64,000 nucleotides of DNA from Acidobacteriota bacterium (GCA_018897435.1 JAHIKI010000063.1:16-64015), one strand, 5' to 3'. Shown: positions 1 through 11,146, counted from the stretch's first letter. A program made the numbers and translations. Notes: generated by a model not told the origin, from the letters alone.

Positions 1-320
1 AGCGGTTTTTTTGATACTATTTTAAAAACCGGTGAGATTGTTTATCAAAATTAAAAGCTATTTATACAAGCTTTACCTCATCCAGGAGGGATTTCTGCAG
101 ATCACTCCGCGCGGCCGCCTGGCCACCGAGAAGGCCTTTCGCTATTTCAAAAAAAAATTGCCGCCCCCGCAAAAACGATTGTTTTGAAAACGTAAAGACA
201 GGCCGCGGTCGGTCGGCACTAAATTCAGCCAGAAATTTATTACATGCAACATTCCTGCGCTTGATATCGTTTACTAAATCTGAAGCAATGGTAAATCCAT
301 GCTGGAGGTATACTGTGAAA

Positions 321-2531
321 ATGAGAAACATTTGGATCCTGAATGGTGCCATTTGGATGTTTTTGTTCAGTGGTCTGCTTTTACATGCTGATGAGGTTGT
401 TGACCTTGCCGCAGCAGCCGGTTCCGTTGCGATATACAAAACCGACAGCCCTCCGGTCATCGACGGTAAGCTGGATGACCCGGTATGGCAGAAAGCCACC
501 AGGTTCGACAATTTCATCACCTTCAAGCCTGATTACGGCAAACTTACGTCGGAAAAGACCGCAGTGCTGATGACTTATGACCGGGAATACATTTACTTTG
601 CCTTTGATTGCCAGGACAGCGAACCCTCCAAGATAAAAGCCGCGATGGCCAAAAGGGACGGCATCGACATGGATGATTGGATCGGCGTGGTCCTGGACAC
701 CTTCGGCGACCAGCAGGGCGGCTACCTGTTCGAAGTCAACCCGCTGGGAATCCAAATGGACGGCAGACTCGACTCCGACGGCAACGGCAACGCCAGTTTC
801 GACACGATCTGGGAAAGCAAGGGAAGGATCAACAGCCGGGGCTACAGCGCCGAGATGGCCGTGCCTTTCAAGAGCCTGCGTTATCCCTTCAAGAAAAAAA
901 TCATCATGGGCTTGCTGGTCTCCCGCTTTATCGGCCGCAAGTCCGAGCAGACGAGTTTTCCGGCACTCAGTCCCGAGGGTGGGGCCATCATGAGCCAGGC
1001 CCAGAAGATTGAACTCAATGATGTCAAGTTCGAGCGCCCGGTGGAATTCATCCCGGCACTGACATATGATCAGGGCAGCACCCACAGCGACGGCGAAATG
1101 AAATCAACCGGAAAAAACACCGATTTCAGCCTGACCGGCAAGGTGGGCCTCACTTCAAACCTGACCCTGGACGCGGCCTACAATCCCGATTTCAGCCAGG
1201 TCGAGACCGACGCCGGACAGATCGATGTCAATTTGCGCTATTCCATCTATTATTCCGAAAAGCGGCCTTTTTTTCTTGAAGGCATGGAAAATTTCGCTTT
1301 CGCTACCGCCATGGAAGCCAATACCGTGGGAGCGATCGTTTACACCCGCACCATTGTCGATCCCTTGCTGGGATTGAAGCTGACCGGTAAAATCGGCAGC
1401 CATAACGTGCTTTCCGGGATTTTTTCCCTCGACGAATATCCCGGAGATCTGGCGGCCGAGGCAGGCGACTCCGAACTGGCCGGCCGCAACGCTTCGTTCT
1501 CCATACTGCGCTACAAGCGGCAAATGGGCAAGGATAACTATGTCGGCGGCTTTTTTACCAATCGCAGTTTCGCCGGTGAAAGCAACAGCGTCGGCGGCAT
1601 CGACGGCCGCTGGCGGTTGAACAACACCAGCTATTTCGAATACAGCCTTTTCAAGTCTTTCAGCCGGGTCATGGCCGCCGCTGAAAGCAACCAGGGGCAC
1701 TCCCTGGGTTTGCGTTACAACTTCAGCAACCGGCACTGGAACGTGGACCTGGGCTTTTTCGATCTGAGTAAAGATTTCCGCATCGATACCGGTTACGTGA
1801 CCCGCACCGGCATCACCATGGCGCCGGCCTTATTCATGTACACGTTCTATCCCAAATCCAAATTCATCCAGAAAATCGACGCCTTCTGGTGGAGCTACCA
1901 CCTGCTGGACAAACCCAGCGATCTCTTTGAAACCTACAACCACCTGGTGCTGCGTCTCAATATGCCGCGCCAGTCGCAGGTCCGTTTCGACGCCATCCTG
2001 GGCAACGAAGTCTTCGCCGACCGGCGTTTCAGCCTGAGCGGTTGGCGCGTCCGCGGCTACACGCAGGTTATTAAGCAACTCTATCTCGAGGGCGGTTTGC
2101 GCCGGTCGAACCGGATTTATTACGACTTGGAGTCGCCGTTTCAAGGCCGCGGGGTCACCGCTGATCTGTATCTGCTGTTCCAGCCTTTCGACAAGTTGAG
2201 CACCTCCGTGGGGATCAGCTATTATGATTTTATCCGTTCCAGCGACGGCGAAAAAATATACGATTACACGATCTGGCGCAGCCGCACCACTTTCCAGGTG
2301 AACCGTTTCCTGTTTTTCCGCGGCATCATCGAGTACAACAACTACTGGAAACGGCTCAGTGCCGATCTGCTGGCCTCCTTCACTTACATCCCGGGAACGG
2401 TCATCTATCTCGGTTATGGTTCGATCAACGAGAAGATCCGCTGGCAGGATGACGGTTACGTCGCAGCCGATGATTACCTGCAGACCCGCAAGAGCTTTTT
2501 CTTCAAGGCGTCATATCTTTGGCGGTTCTGA
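321..2531 (+). CDS. secreted DUF5916 / CBM9-like domain protein
   Basis: ORF 261..2531. ATG at 321 follows GGAGGT (305-310). Hydrophobic signal-like N-terminus IWILNGAIWMFLFSGLLLHA. PPVIDGKLDDPVWQKA motif recalls the carbohydrate-binding family 9 / DUF5916 family (from memory). Confidence 0.6.
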   Translation: MRNIWILNGAIWMFLFSGLLLHADEVVDLAAAAGSVAIYKTDSPPVIDGKLDDPVWQKATRFDNFITFKPDYGKLTSEKTAVLMTYDREYIYFAFDCQDSEPSKIKAAMAKRDGIDMDDWIGVVLDTFGDQQGGYLFEVNPLGIQMDGRLDSDGNGNASFDTIWESKGRINSRGYSAEMAVPFKSLRYPFKKKIIMGLLVSRFIGRKSEQTSFPALSPEGGAIMSQAQKIELNDVKFERPVEFIPALTYDQGSTHSDGEMKSTGKNTDFSLTGKVGLTSNLTLDAAYNPDFSQVETDAGQIDVNLRYSIYYSEKRPFFLEGMENFAFATAMEANTVGAIVYTRTIVDPLLGLKLTGKIGSHNVLSGIFSLDEYPGDLAAEAGDSELAGRNASFSILRYKRQMGKDNYVGGFFTNRSFAGESNSVGGIDGRWRLNNTSYFEYSLFKSFSRVMAAAESNQGHSLGLRYNFSNRHWNVDLGFFDLSKDFRIDTGYVTRTGITMAPALFMYTFYPKSKFIQKIDAFWWSYHLLDKPSDLFETYNHLVLRLNMPRQSQVRFDAILGNEVFADRRFSLSGWRVRGYTQVIKQLYLEGGLRRSNRIYYDLESPFQGRGVTADLYLLFQPFDKLSTSVGISYYDFIRSSDGEKIYDYTIWRSRTTFQVNRFLFFRGIIEYNNYWKRLSADLLASFTYIPGTVIYLGYGSINEKIRWQDDGYVAADDYLQTRKSFFFKASYLWRF

Positions 2532-2566
2532 GTGCAATTTTCGAATTTGAATCGTAAGGGCACGGC

Positions 2567-2588
2567 GCGCCGTGCCCCTACCTGATAT
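2567..2588 (+). terminator. GC-rich perfect palindrome downstream of the DUF5916 gene
   Basis: AGGGCACGGCGCGCCGTGCCCT is a 22-nt perfect palindrome 36 nt after the stop. No T-tract follows, so intrinsic termination is uncertain. Confidence 0.35.
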
Positions 2589-2620
2589 TAGCGCCAACCC
2601 ATCCGCAAAACGGCTTTGGC

Positions 2621-2649
2621 TTTACTATTGCAGCTGAACTGCTTATAAT
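2621..2649 (+). promoter_or_regulatory. sigma70-like promoter of nadC (possibly leaderless transcript)
   Basis: TTTACT (2621-2626), 17-nt spacer, TATAAT (2644-2649). The nadC ATG at 2656 lies 7 nt after the -10 box and has no SD. Confidence 0.35.
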
Positions 2650-2655
2650 ACGGCC

Positions 2656-3495
2656 ATGGATCTCGAGCGGCAATGCCTTGAAAAGATCGTGCGCCTGGCC
2701 CTGGCCGAGGACCGGGTCCGCGACGACATCACCACTAACGCCCTGGCCGATCTGGACGGGCCGGCCCGGGCTGAAGTGCGGGCCAAGGCGGCCGGAATCA
2801 TTTCGGGCATCAATGCCTTCCTGATGACAATGCGCCTGGTGGATGCTGCGCTGCTCGTCACTGTCCACGCCGGCGACGGTTCTGCCGTCAAGGCCGGAGA
2901 CCTGATCCTGGAGATCAGCGGTTGCGAAAGCTCGATCCTGAAAGGGGAGAGGACGGCATTGAATTTCCTGCAGCGCTTGAGCGGCGTGGCTACCCTGACC
3001 CGGCAATTCGTCGAAAAACTCAAGCCCTACCGCTCCGTGTTACTGGACACGCGCAAGACCACGCCCGGCATGCGCTACCTGGAAAAAAAAGCGGTGCGCG
3101 ACGGCGGCGGCCGGAATCACCGTCTGAATCTGGAAGAAATGGCCATGGTCAAGGACAACCACATCGCCATGGCCGGCGGCATCGGGCCGGCAGTTGCAAG
3201 GGTCCGTGCCGCCTGCCCGGGCAAGAAGATCGAAGTAGAAGTGAAAGATCTCTCGGAACTTGAGGAAGCTTTGGCGCTGGGGGTGGAAATGATCATGCTC
3301 GATAATTTCCCCCCGGAGCAGGTTTGCCTTGCCGTTTCGCTCAACCGCGGCCGGGCCAAACTCGAGATCTCCGGCAATGTCACCCTGGAAAACATCGCTG
3401 AAAAAGCGGCAGCGGGAGTGGATTTTATTTCGGCCGGGGCCCTGACCCATTCTTTTTACTCCCTGGATCTGAGTTTAAAGATAGTGAGGTCATAA
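2656..3495 (+). CDS. nadC: nicotinate-nucleotide pyrophosphorylase (quinolinate phosphoribosyltransferase)
   Basis: 279 aa. RKTTPGMRYLEKKAVRDGGGRNHRLNLEEMAMVKDNH is the NadC signature region. Adjacent to nadB. Confidence 0.92.
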   Translation: MDLERQCLEKIVRLALAEDRVRDDITTNALADLDGPARAEVRAKAAGIISGINAFLMTMRLVDAALLVTVHAGDGSAVKAGDLILEISGCESSILKGERTALNFLQRLSGVATLTRQFVEKLKPYRSVLLDTRKTTPGMRYLEKKAVRDGGGRNHRLNLEEMAMVKDNHIAMAGGIGPAVARVRAACPGKKIEVEVKDLSELEEALALGVEMIMLDNFPPEQVCLAVSLNRGRAKLEISGNVTLENIAEKAAAGVDFISAGALTHSFYSLDLSLKIVRS

Positions 3496-5073
3496 ATGAA
3501 AGATTATATTGAAACCGATGTCCTGATCATCGGTAGCGGCATCGCCGGCTCCACGGCGGCTTTGCGACTAGCCGAACAGGGGATCGATGTGCTCTTGGTC
3601 TCCAAGGGCAAGGACTATACCCGGACCAACACCTATTACGCCCAGGGCGGCATCGCGACTTTGCCTGAAGGAGAGAATGCCGATGTTTTTGCCGCTGATA
3701 TCATCAAGGCCGGGGATGAATTCAATTACCGCCCGGCCGTCGACCAAGCGGTCCGGAACGCGCAACACTTGGTGCGGGAAATATTAATCGACAAGCTGCA
3801 GGTGCCTTTTTCAAAAAAGGACGAGCAGTACGACCTGGCCAAGGAAGGAGGTCATTCCTCGCGCCGGGTGCTGAACGTCAGGGACATGACCGGGCGCATT
3901 ATCCAGGATAAATATTACGAATATTTGCAAAAGCTGCCCAAATTGAAAATGCTCTTCAAGCATACGGCTGTCGACCTGCTGAGCTATCCCCACCATTCGC
4001 TTAATCCCATGCGCACCTACGAGGAACCCAAGATCATCGGTGCCTACATACTCGATCAGAAAAGCAAGAAAATATCCCGGGTATTCACCAAAAAAGTGGT
4101 GCTGGCCTCCGGAGGCTTAAGCAGCCTGTATCTGCATTCCACCAATCCCGAAGAGGCCATCGGCAACGGCATCGCCATGGCCTACCGTGCCGGGGCGCGG
4201 CTGGCCAACCTGGAATATGTGCAGTTCCATCCCACGTCGCTCTTCCACCGCGAGGCCGACAGTTTCCTGATCTCGGAGGCGGTGCGCGGCGAAGGGGCGC
4301 GCTTGATGAACCTCAAGGGCGAGTATTTCATGGAAAAATATTCACCGCTTAAGGACTTGGCCCCGCGCGACGAGGTATCGCGGGCCATTTACGAAGAGAT
4401 GATCAAGAACGGCAACGATTACGCCCTGCTCGACCTGGCTTCATTTACCACGATCAACATCCGCGAACGTTTCCCGACCATTTTCCAGACCTGCCTGAAA
4501 TTCGGCATCAACATCGAAGAGAAACCGATCCCGGTGGTGCCTGCCGCCCATTACAGCTGCGGCGGCGTGCTGTGCGACTTGAACGGCCGCAGCAGCATTC
4601 GCAACCTCTACGCCATCGGTGAAGTTTCGGCCACGGGTGTGCACGGGGCCAACCGCCTGGCCTCGGTTTCCCTGCTGGAAGCCCTGGTTTGGGGCGTCAA
4701 GGCGGCCGAGGACATCCTGGCCACGATCGCCGACGACCAGGATCCTTACGTCATTGCCGAGGTCCCGGCCTGGAAGTATCCCTATCCCCAGGAAAAACTT
4801 GACCCGGCCCTGGTCTGGCAGGACCTGGTGACCATCAAGACCATCATGTGGAACTATAACGGCATCATCCGCACCGTCAAGCGCATGGAGCGGGCCAAGG
4901 CCGACCTGGAATACCTCAAGCACCGCATCGAGAAATTCTATCAGCAGAGCGAGATCGGCAACCGCATCATCAACCTGCGCGACAGCGTGCAAGCGGCGCT
5001 GCTCATCGTTGAAGCTGCTTTGCGCAACCGCATCTCGCGCGGTGCCCATTTCATCAAGAGCGACGAAAAATAA
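3496..5073 (+). CDS. nadB: L-aspartate oxidase
   Basis: 525 aa. FAD-binding DVLIIGSGIAGSTAA at the N-terminus. HYSCGGV...GEVSATGVHGANRLASVSLLEALVWG matches the succinate dehydrogenase/aspartate oxidase family. Starts 1 nt after nadC. Confidence 0.92.
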   Translation: MKDYIETDVLIIGSGIAGSTAALRLAEQGIDVLLVSKGKDYTRTNTYYAQGGIATLPEGENADVFAADIIKAGDEFNYRPAVDQAVRNAQHLVREILIDKLQVPFSKKDEQYDLAKEGGHSSRRVLNVRDMTGRIIQDKYYEYLQKLPKLKMLFKHTAVDLLSYPHHSLNPMRTYEEPKIIGAYILDQKSKKISRVFTKKVVLASGGLSSLYLHSTNPEEAIGNGIAMAYRAGARLANLEYVQFHPTSLFHREADSFLISEAVRGEGARLMNLKGEYFMEKYSPLKDLAPRDEVSRAIYEEMIKNGNDYALLDLASFTTINIRERFPTIFQTCLKFGINIEEKPIPVVPAAHYSCGGVLCDLNGRSSIRNLYAIGEVSATGVHGANRLASVSLLEALVWGVKAAEDILATIADDQDPYVIAEVPAWKYPYPQEKLDPALVWQDLVTIKTIMWNYNGIIRTVKRMERAKADLEYLKHRIEKFYQQSEIGNRIINLRDSVQAALLIVEAALRNRISRGAHFIKSDEK

Positions 5074-5116
5074 TCCCCCGAGCGGAGTCCCTTTCCCGAG
5101 AATGCAGGAAAATGGA

Positions 5117-7117
5117 TTATAAATAGCCCAGTGTCTTCATTTCTTCGATCTCGCTGGCCGACAAATTCTTTAATGAGATTTCGGCGGCTTGTCCGCTGCC
5201 GTTGCGGAAGCGGCCGTACCAATCCAGGAAGCGGGCTTTGAAATAGCTGCGTACCTGCGGAAAGTGTTGGCCGACATCCTGCCTCGGGTCGCCCCCAAGC
5301 TGGAACAGTTGCTCTTCATTGTCGCCCAGGTCGATGAGGTAATACCAGTTCTTCCAGCGCATGCCGTATGTAGGGCAGCGGTTGAACGTGCGGGAAACGA
5401 CCATGCGCTCGTCCATCACTTCATTGGCGGCGGCAGCCAGCATGCTCCGGCCGTCCAGCGTCAACTGCTGCCCGAACAGGGAGGCGATGGTCGGAAAAAT
5501 GTCGGCGAGCTCGGTCAAAGGTTGTACCCGGCCCTTGATGTCCAGGCTTTTGGGGTATTTGACGATCAGCGGCACCCGGGTCGTCTCCTCGAACACGTTG
5601 CTGCCATGGCCCAGGACCCTATGTTCGCCCAGGGCTTCCCCATGATCGGACAGGAAGATGATCATGCTTTCGTCGTAGCGCTTTTTTTCCTTGAGCAGCG
5701 ACAGAATCTTGCCGAATTCGCCGTCCACCCAGGCAATGCTGGAGTCATAGGCGTCGGTGATCTCCTGCAGTTCCTCCGCAGTGGGCGGGACCCCGGTATT
5801 CTTATGCTTTCGCACCAGCTGCGCCATGCGTTCCAAGGTGGTTTTCTTTTTTCCCGGCCGGAAGGTAACGGGAAAATCAGCGGGGGGGACCTTGGGAAAG
5901 TGAGGATGGATGTAGTGCATGTAGGAGAACTGGGGGGAAGGGGCTTTTTCCACCCAGTCGCGCAGCTGGGTGTAAATGGACATATCTTTACGTGCCCAGT
6001 ATTTTTCGGGAATGCGGAAATAATCGTCCACTCCCTGCGTGAAGCCGAAATTGGGCGAAATGGCGAACGTGGACGTGATCACGCTGGTCGAGTATCCCTT
6101 GGCGTTGAGGTATTCGGGCAGGGTCAGCAGGTTTTGCGGCAGGAAGGTCTGCAGCAAGCGGACCTTGTGGGTGTCGGGGTAAAGTCCGGTGAATATCGTA
6201 GCCACGCTGGAGCGGGTGAACACGGCATTGGTGTAAGCGTTTTCGTAGACGACGGCGTCGGCGGCGAAAGCGTCGATATGCGGAGATGTATTGCGCTGAT
6301 AGCCGTATGTCCCCAGGTGGGAGGCCTGACAGGCGTCACTGAGAACGATATAGATATTGGGTTTATTTTTGAAGGTGATTTTTGGATTTGACTCTCTGGC
6401 CGGAGTCGCGGCGTAGGTGTAGGCGCTGATGTTGAAGTCGCCTTCACTGCTAGTGATGGTCAGTAGCCCGGGTTGGGCAAACTCGAGCGGCAGTGATATT
6501 TTTCGGGAAAGCCAGCCGCTTTTCACTGTCCTGTTTTTTGCCTTTAGGACATCGATGATGGCCTGCTGCTCTATGATCTCGATCTTGCCCCGGCCGCGGA
6601 GTTCCAGCCGCCCCTGGCCAGGAAGATAGAATAAGCTGAAGCTTTCTCCCGGTTGCAGATGGGGGGCGGCTTTTTTGGTAAACGGTCCGATGACGATGGA
6701 GCGGACACTCAGTTTGTCCTTGTTTTTTTTGCTGAACTGCAGGAAATTCATGCCGCAACTTAGCGGCATCTCGAATTTTTCCCACTTGAAATCCGCCGTC
6801 GGCGACAACATCCTTTTCTTTCTGACGTTCACCGAAAACTCGACCTTTCTTCCGCGAAGGGAATAATTGATCGATATCGGAATCCTTTCCGCTCGACTAC
6901 GCCAGAGGATGAATTGGCATGTATCGCGGTCGGCTACAAAGGCATCCTGGTCGACGCGGAATCCCTCCCACACGTTCATGGTACCGTCGGCCGGACTGAT
7001 CTGGTTCTGGTCCTTGTTCCACATCAGGGTCGGGGGCAGTTCCCGGCTAGGGGATTGGGAACATCCGGGAGACAGTAGCAGGAGGACCAGCAGAAAAAGC
7101 AGGAAATTTTTTTTCAT
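5117..7117 (-). CDS. sulfatase-like hydrolase/transferase lipoprotein with an uncharacterised ~270-aa N-terminal domain
   Basis: ORF 5117..7138. The ATG at 7117 gives MKKNFLLFLLVLLLLSPGC (lipobox). The alkaline-phosphatase-superfamily sulfatase core is IYIVLSDACQASHLGTYGYQRNTSPHID ... FLSDHGEALGEH. No clear C/S-x-P-x-R motif (FTRSS instead). Confidence 0.7.
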   Translation of the reverse strand: MKKNFLLFLLVLLLLSPGCSQSPSRELPPTLMWNKDQNQISPADGTMNVWEGFRVDQDAFVADRDTCQFILWRSRAERIPISINYSLRGRKVEFSVNVRKKRMLSPTADFKWEKFEMPLSCGMNFLQFSKKNKDKLSVRSIVIGPFTKKAAPHLQPGESFSLFYLPGQGRLELRGRGKIEIIEQQAIIDVLKAKNRTVKSGWLSRKISLPLEFAQPGLLTITSSEGDFNISAYTYAATPARESNPKITFKNKPNIYIVLSDACQASHLGTYGYQRNTSPHIDAFAADAVVYENAYTNAVFTRSSVATIFTGLYPDTHKVRLLQTFLPQNLLTLPEYLNAKGYSTSVITSTFAISPNFGFTQGVDDYFRIPEKYWARKDMSIYTQLRDWVEKAPSPQFSYMHYIHPHFPKVPPADFPVTFRPGKKKTTLERMAQLVRKHKNTGVPPTAEELQEITDAYDSSIAWVDGEFGKILSLLKEKKRYDESMIIFLSDHGEALGEHRVLGHGSNVFEETTRVPLIVKYPKSLDIKGRVQPLTELADIFPTIASLFGQQLTLDGRSMLAAAANEVMDERMVVSRTFNRCPTYGMRWKNWYYLIDLGDNEEQLFQLGGDPRQDVGQHFPQVRSYFKARFLDWYGRFRNGSGQAAEISLKNLSASEIEEMKTLGYL

Positions 7118-7121
7118 TGGG

Positions 7122-8915
7122 TTAATCCTCAAGCTCAAGGGCTGCCAGGAATGCCTCCTGGGGAATATCGATCTTGCCGATGCGCTTCATGCGTTTTTTG
7201 CCCTTTTTTTGCTTTTCCAACAGCTTCATCTTGCGGGAGATGTCCCCGCCGTAACACTTGGCCAGGACGTTCTTGCGCATGGCCTTGACCACGGTCTTGG
7301 CGATGACCCGCTTGTTGATCGCCGCCTGGATGACCACCTCGAACATCTGGCGTGGGATGACGGTCTTCATTTTGCTGGTCAGCAGGTTGCCGATGTTGTA
7401 GGCCTTGTCCTTATGGACGATAATGGCCAGGGCGTCGACCGGGTCCTGGTTGATCAGGATTTCCAGCTTGACCAGTGGCGATTCGCGATAATCCTTCAAT
7501 TCATAATCGAACGACGCGTATCCCTGCGAGAGCGATTTCAGCTTGTTGAAAAAATCGTACAGCACGTCGGCCAGGGGCAGGTCGTAGGTCAGGTAGACGC
7601 GGTGCGGTCCGATGTATTCCAGTTTTTTATGAATGCCGCGGCGGTTTTGCAACAATTTCAGGATGTTACCCAGGAATTCGTCTGGGGTGATGACGATGGC
7701 CTCAATATAGGGTTCTTCGATCTTCTTGTAATACTGCGGGTTGGGCAGCTGGGCCGGCGACTCGATCTCATAGGTCTCGTCCTTGTTCGAAGTGACGCGG
7801 TAACGCACCGAGGGGGCGGTGGTGATGATGGAGAGGAAATATTCGCGCTCCAAGCGCTCCTGGACGATCTCCTTGTGCAGCAGGCCCAGGAAACCGCAGC
7901 GGAAGCCGATGCCCAAAGCCGGTGACGTTTCCGGCTCGTAGGTTAGGGAGGAATCGTTCAAGGTGAGCTTTTCAATGGCTTCGCGCAGCTCTTCATGGCT
8001 GGAACCCTCGGAAGGGTAGAAGCCGGCAAACACCATGGGCAGTGGTTCTTTGAAACCCGGTAAGGGAAGCACCGTGGTTTCCTTGGCCAGGGTGACCGTG
8101 TCGCCGATCTTGACTTCCGAGATTTTCTTGATGCTGGCGATGATGTATCCGACCTCGCCGGCTTCCAGAGCCGCCAACGGCGTGGGTTTTGGAGTGTTGA
8201 CTCCCACTTCGTTGATCTCGTATTCGGCATTGTTGGACAAGAACTTGATCTTATCGCCTTTTTTCATGATGCCGTCGATAATCTTGATCAGGATGATCAC
8301 GCCGCGGTAGGAATCGAACCATGAGTCAAATATCATGGCCTGCAAAGGTTTCCGCGCATCTCCGGACGGAGGCGGAATGCGCTCGATGATAGCCGGGATG
8401 ATCTGCTCGATGTTCAATCCCGTCTTGGCAGATACCATCAGCGCTTCTTCGCGTGGGATACCAAGGATGTTTTCCATCTGCTCCAGCGATTTTTCCAGTT
8501 CGTTGTTCGGCAGATCGATCTTGTTCATTATCGGGATCAGGGTCAGGTCGTTCTCCATGGCCAGGTAGGTATTGGCTACGGTCTGGGCTTCCACTCCCTG
8601 CGTGGAATCGATGACCAGCAAGGCTCCCTCGCAGGCGGCCAGGGAGCGTGAAACCTCGTAAGTGAAGTCGATATGTCCGGGAGTATCGATCAGGTTAAGC
8701 AGGTATTTCTCGCCCTGGCTGTCGTGCCAGGTCAGGCGCACGAAGTGCGATTTGATGGTGATGCCGCGTTCGCGTTCCAGGTCCATGGAGTCGAGAACTT
8801 GCTCCTGCATGTCACGCTTGGCTATGGCATGGGTGATCTCTAGCAGGCGATCCGATAAGGTCGTCTTGCCATGATCGATATGGGCGATGATGGAAAAATT
8901 GCGTATATTTTTCAT
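7122..8915 (-). CDS. lepA: translation elongation factor 4
   Basis: [21 protein letters not shown]1 motif and DTPGH. Full-length LepA-like. The ATG at 8915 overlaps the upstream stop (ATGA). Confidence 0.95.
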   Translation of the reverse strand: MKNIRNFSIIAHIDHGKTTLSDRLLEITHAIAKRDMQEQVLDSMDLERERGITIKSHFVRLTWHDSQGEKYLLNLIDTPGHIDFTYEVSRSLAACEGALLVIDSTQGVEAQTVANTYLAMENDLTLIPIMNKIDLPNNELEKSLEQMENILGIPREEALMVSAKTGLNIEQIIPAIIERIPPPSGDARKPLQAMIFDSWFDSYRGVIILIKIIDGIMKKGDKIKFLSNNAEYEINEVGVNTPKPTPLAALEAGEVGYIIASIKKISEVKIGDTVTLAKETTVLPLPGFKEPLPMVFAGFYPSEGSSHEELREAIEKLTLNDSSLTYEPETSPALGIGFRCGFLGLLHKEIVQERLEREYFLSIITTAPSVRYRVTSNKDETYEIESPAQLPNPQYYKKIEEPYIEAIVITPDEFLGNILKLLQNRRGIHKKLEYIGPHRVYLTYDLPLADVLYDFFNKLKSLSQGYASFDYELKDYRESPLVKLEILINQDPVDALAIIVHKDKAYNIGNLLTSKMKTVIPRQMFEVVIQAAINKRVIAKTVVKAMRKNVLAKCYGGDISRKMKLLEKQKKGKKRMKRIGKIDIPQEAFLAALELED

Positions 8916-9835
8916 GGCCGTCCCGCCCCGCATTGACGGGGCAGCAGCTCGACGGCCAAGGCGGCCGCCCCGGTCATGCCGGCGTTGTTTCCTAAGCGGG
9001 CCGGTTCGATGCGCGTGCAGGCCAGGGCTTTGGCGATGACCCGGCGCGACAATTCTTGCCGGGCGGGTCGGAGCAGTGCTTCCCCGGCCGCGGCCACCCC
9101 GCCGCCGATGGTGATCTGTTCCGGGTTGAGCGCGTAGACCAGCTGGTGAAGCAAAACGCCAAGGTACGCACCGGCGCGGTCATAGGCCCGGCGCGCCGGC
9201 TCAACGCCTTCTTGCCACAGTTGAAAAATATCTTTGGCACTGAATGCAGCCGTCGATCCCGAAAATTCCTGGAAACTTGTGACGATTCCCGCCTCCGAGC
9301 TTTCGGTCTCGGCGCAGCCATGGTTGCCGCAGCCGCAGACACGTCCCTGGCTGTTGACCAGCAGGTGGCCCAACTCGGCGGCAAAGCCGCAGGCGCCGTG
9401 CCAGATGTTTCCACCCAGGATAATACCCGATCCGATGCCGCTGCCCAGGGTCAGGTGCACAAAGCTGGCTGGGCGCGGTTCATTTAAACTCAGGAACTCT
9501 CCCAGTGCGGCGGCGTTGGCGTCGTTTTCCATCTGCAGCGGCAGGTCAAGGCCGGAGGCGATCTCCTTTTCCAGGGCCATGCCATTGAGAAAAAGCATGT
9601 TGGGGGATATTTCGATGGTGCGCTCATCTCGGGAGATGAACCCGGGAATGCCGATGCCGGAGGCCCGCAGATCATGGGCCTTCTTCAATCCGGTGATGAT
9701 GTCGAAAATCTGGATTTTCAATGCCGGGTATGAGCCGGCTGTTTTTTCTTCAGCTGAAAAAAGCGGACGCAGCTCTTTGGAAAACACCCCGTATTTGATG
9801 GTACCGGCGCCGATATCCATACCCAGAACATTCAT
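8912..9835 (-). CDS. ROK family sugar kinase (glucokinase-like)
   Basis: [16 protein letters not shown]-binding N-terminus and the ROK zinc motif [14 protein letters not shown]. The start at 9835 (MNVLGMDIG) overlaps the upstream stop by 4 nt. Confidence 0.85.
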   Translation of the reverse strand: MNVLGMDIGAGTIKYGVFSKELRPLFSAEEKTAGSYPALKIQIFDIITGLKKAHDLRASGIGIPGFISRDERTIEISPNMLFLNGMALEKEIASGLDLPLQMENDANAAALGEFLSLNEPRPASFVHLTLGSGIGSGIILGGNIWHGACGFAAELGHLLVNSQGRVCGCGNHGCAETESSEAGIVTSFQEFSGSTAAFSAKDIFQLWQEGVEPARRAYDRAGAYLGVLLHQLVYALNPEQITIGGGVAAAGEALLRPARQELSRRVIAKALACTRIEPARLGNNAGMTGAAALAVELLPRQCGAGRP

Positions 9836-10944
9836 GGTCGAACGCCTTTGACGGCGTATTCGCAAGGAGAAAAAAGCAGCTGGTTCAAGCGGTCGACGTT
9901 GCTGTTGATCGGCCTGGCCAGAGGGTCGCTGGGCCCGATCTCTTCAAGCTTTTCCCCTTCGGGTTCGGCGCTGTAGATGATCTCCACGGCTGAAAAACCG
10001 GAATTTTCCAGCAAATAGCGCATGTATTCAGGATGCAGGGGATTGCGGTGGGTGGGGTCGAGAAAATATATCCGGCTCAGGGCGAAAACGCTGAGCGGGT
10101 TTATGGTCTCCAGCAGCAGGACCCCCTGCGGGCGCAGGACGCGGAAACACTCACTGATGACGCGGCGCAGGTAGTCGGGCTGGAAATGCTCGATGACCTG
10201 GGAGGAAAATATGCCGTCCAGGGAGGCGCCGGGCCGGCTTTTTAAAAAATGCAGGGCGTCGGTTTTAAGGCAGTTCAAGCCCTTGGCACGCGCTTCTTCC
10301 AGCATGGAATCGGAAAGGTCCAGGCCCAGGCTTTGCTGACCGTTGCTTTTCAGCAAAGCCAGGAATTCGCCGCGGCCGCAACCGATATCCAGTATCTCCT
10401 GGCGTCCGGAAAATAAGGACAAGTATTTTTCCAACCGGCCGCTGATTTCTTCGCTGCTGCCGCGGAAGCGCTTTTCAAAATCGGCATACTGGATGGGAGA
10501 GAGTTGTTCTTTGATTGAGTACAGTTCAGCGGCGGTTTCCGGGGCGGCTTTGCCATCAAGAGTTTCAAGCAGGCGGTCCAGTTTGTTTTCCAGCTGGGCG
10601 AAATGGATCAATAGGGTCTTGAGGTTGGAGTATTCAGCCTCCAACTTTTCGATCTTCCACTGCAGCGACTTGAAAACCGTGGTGGCGTGGTTGTTGGCGT
10701 AGGCATCCCATTCCTTGTCCTGGGCGCTGACGTAGGCCTCCAGTGCGTCCTGAAAGCAGGCAAAACCTTCGCGGATCTTCCGGCGGTTCTTTTTAAGAAA
10801 GCTGCGCTTTTCAAGGGCTTCAGCCAGCCCGTTCAAGCTCGTTTTCAGCTCATCCTGCCGGTTTTTTCTCCGCTCGATCAGATCTTCAATTACCCTTCTC
10901 ATCCTTCGGTGTTTCTTCGTCCTTGTCCGTTCCCATGACGGCAT
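9832..10944 (-). CDS. class I SAM-dependent methyltransferase with a coiled-coil N-terminal half
   Basis: [11 protein letters not shown] (motif I) and [13 protein letters not shown]. Start uncertain, since it overlaps the tatA 3' end. Confidence 0.75.
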   Translation of the reverse strand: MPSWERTRTKKHRRMRRVIEDLIERRKNRQDELKTSLNGLAEALEKRSFLKKNRRKIREGFACFQDALEAYVSAQDKEWDAYANNHATTVFKSLQWKIEKLEAEYSNLKTLLIHFAQLENKLDRLLETLDGKAAPETAAELYSIKEQLSPIQYADFEKRFRGSSEEISGRLEKYLSLFSGRQEILDIGCGRGEFLALLKSNGQQSLGLDLSDSMLEEARAKGLNCLKTDALHFLKSRPGASLDGIFSSQVIEHFQPDYLRRVISECFRVLRPQGVLLLETINPLSVFALSRIYFLDPTHRNPLHPEYMRYLLENSGFSAVEIIYSAEPEGEKLEEIGPSDPLARPINSNVDRLNQLLFSPCEYAVKGVRP

Positions 10945-11068
10945 TCTTGAAATTCTTGATGCCCTGGCCCAGGCCTTTGCCCAGTTCAGGAAGTTTTTTG
11001 CCGCCGAAAAGCAGCGCCACGACGACCACTATCAGCAATATTTCCCAGATTCCTAGGCTTCCAAACAT
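10886..11068 (-). CDS. tatA: twin-arginine translocase subunit TatA/E
   Basis: 60 aa. [41 protein letters not shown] is the canonical TatA TM helix plus amphipathic helix. Confidence 0.9.
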   Translation of the reverse strand: MFGSLGIWEILLIVVVVALLFGGKKLPELGKGLGQGIKNFKNAVMGTDKDEETPKDEKGN

Positions 11069-11146
11069 GATGATCTCCTTATGTCGATATTGTAAGCGTT
11101 TGGCCTCGTGCTGTCAAGCGGAAACAGCTGAGACCTGCTCCGAGTT

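Noticed and set aside
62-526. 154-aa minus-strand ORF at the window start.
   Set aside because: It overlaps the 5' end of the well-supported DUF5916 gene and has no recognisable motif or SD. I could not support it as a gene.
5189-6391. Long antisense ORFs opposite real genes. Examples: 5189..6391, 6867..7925, 14346..14978, 17953..18777, 19494..20516, 21962..22897, 24268..25113, 52006..52734, 52759..53481.
   Set aside because: Each lies entirely opposite a gene with unmistakable family motifs. Their translations are low-complexity (Gly/Arg/Asp/Val-rich) with no recognisable motifs. These are typical shadow ORFs in GC-biased coding DNA.
7117-9835. Chain of 4-nt ATGA overlaps (methyltransferase/ROK kinase/lepA) as something unusual.
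   Set aside because: Ordinary translational coupling in compact operons; not noteworthy.
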